In this document: piece by piece, positions 63,708-64,000 of the stretch
Position numbering within the stretch: position 1 is the first letter of the stretch
How the letters are laid out: every line of letters begins with the position of its first letter
Assembly (NCBI GenBank): GCA_018062515.1
Contig: JAGOSC010000005.1
Span: forward strand, 880-64,879
Reading direction: 5' to 3'
Length of the DNA stretch: 64,000 nucleotides
DNA from: Candidatus Omnitrophota bacterium
Lineage (GTDB): Bacteria > Omnitrophota > Gorgyraeia > Zapsychrales > Zapsychraceae
The notes under the pieces: generated by a model
What the model was told of the DNA's origin: nothing
Database searches by the model: none
What the model saw: the letters and a program-made list of their open reading frames with translations, nothing else
Position numbers and translations under genes: made by a program

Positions 63708-64000
63708 ATGTTCAAAAATCCTATTCTTAAAATCATCCTTCTGATCGCAGCGGTTTTGTCCTTTTATATAAGGGAAGCCGACGCGATGAAACAAATCGAA
63801 CCCCGCGATAATAAAGTCCTAATCAACTTTACCCACAACGGAACTTGGCAAACCGTCAATCTTACGCCAATTCTTAATTTCAGCGGTTCTACCAAATTGG
63901 TAACAATCATGATTGTTTCAAGCGCGGACAGAAAGGTCGGGATCCGTCCGACGGGAACAACGTTCGGGGACGATAAGACCCGCTGGAGAACTGATCCGAC
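63708..64000 (+). CDS. hypothetical secreted protein, 5' partial (runs off right edge)
   Basis: ATG at 63708 with signal-peptide-like MFKNPILKIILLIAAVLSFYIREADA, open to the window end. A weak promoter-like TTGACA (63580) ... TATTCT (63603) lies upstream. Confidence 0.3.
   Translation, partial: MFKNPILKIILLIAAVLSFYIREADAMKQIEPRDNKVLINFTHNGTWQTVNLTPILNFSGSTKLVTIMIVSSADRKVGIRPTGTTFGDDKTRWRTDP

Overview
This is an AT-rich bacterial chromosomal window. Nearly all genes are on the + strand with tight spacing and many overlapping start/stop codons, which suggests operons.

Left edge (1-2086): a truncated XRE-type HTH gene, an ORF6N-domain gene, an excisionase-like HTH gene and a tyrosine integrase that ends exactly at the 5' end of tRNA-Pro(GGG). 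This looks like an integrative-element remnant.

2.1-12.4 kb, housekeeping: a PilZ-domain protein; an aspartate-family amino-acid cluster (hom, thrC, coaB, an iPGM-family protein that is a candidate homoserine-kinase analog, lysC, cimA); and valS.

12.4-21.8 kb: membrane and envelope proteins (TSUP, GT-C-like glycosyltransferases), tRNA-Gly(CCC), a minus-strand HI0933-family flavoprotein, an HPF-like protein, SlyX and YihY.

22.0-52.1 kb, the outstanding feature: four tandem, co-oriented giant genes (2640, 1727, 3472 and 2173 aa) with gaps of 16, 0 and 6 nt.
- Each begins with a Sec-type signal peptide followed by a ~310-aa module that is paralogous across the four (roughly 60-70% identity by eye).
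- Each ends with a conserved ~60-aa C-terminal module (GGIDLNxxxLxLxIKRDGRGIPLPVxxQP...) followed by an acidic tail.
- The centres differ completely and are fused acyl-CoA-metabolism enzyme domains: CitE-like lyase, MaoC hotdog, crotonyl-CoA carboxylase/reductase-like, four acyl-CoA dehydrogenases, an AMP-forming acyl-CoA synthetase, a B12-dependent methylmalonyl-CoA-mutase-like region, carboxyltransferase alpha and beta, and HD-like plus cNMP-binding regulatory domains.
- The domain set resembles the ethylmalonyl-CoA / methylmalyl-CoA type carbon-skeleton rearrangement toolkit, yet the signal peptides predict export. I cannot assign the shared end modules to any family I know.

52.1-64.0 kb: a TPR protein, yciH, rsmJ, a secreted serpin, a rhodanese, slyD, ssb, a STAS protein, an AllA-like cupin, ridA, a GT-C/TPR membrane protein, an HTTM-domain protein, a PIG-L deacetylase, a GNAT, tRNA-Ser(GCU) on the minus strand, and a partial CDS at the right edge.

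A family of long imperfect hairpins built from tandem heptamers sits in four intergenic spots: 4863-4930, 6776-6834, 9698-9795 and 63447-63577.
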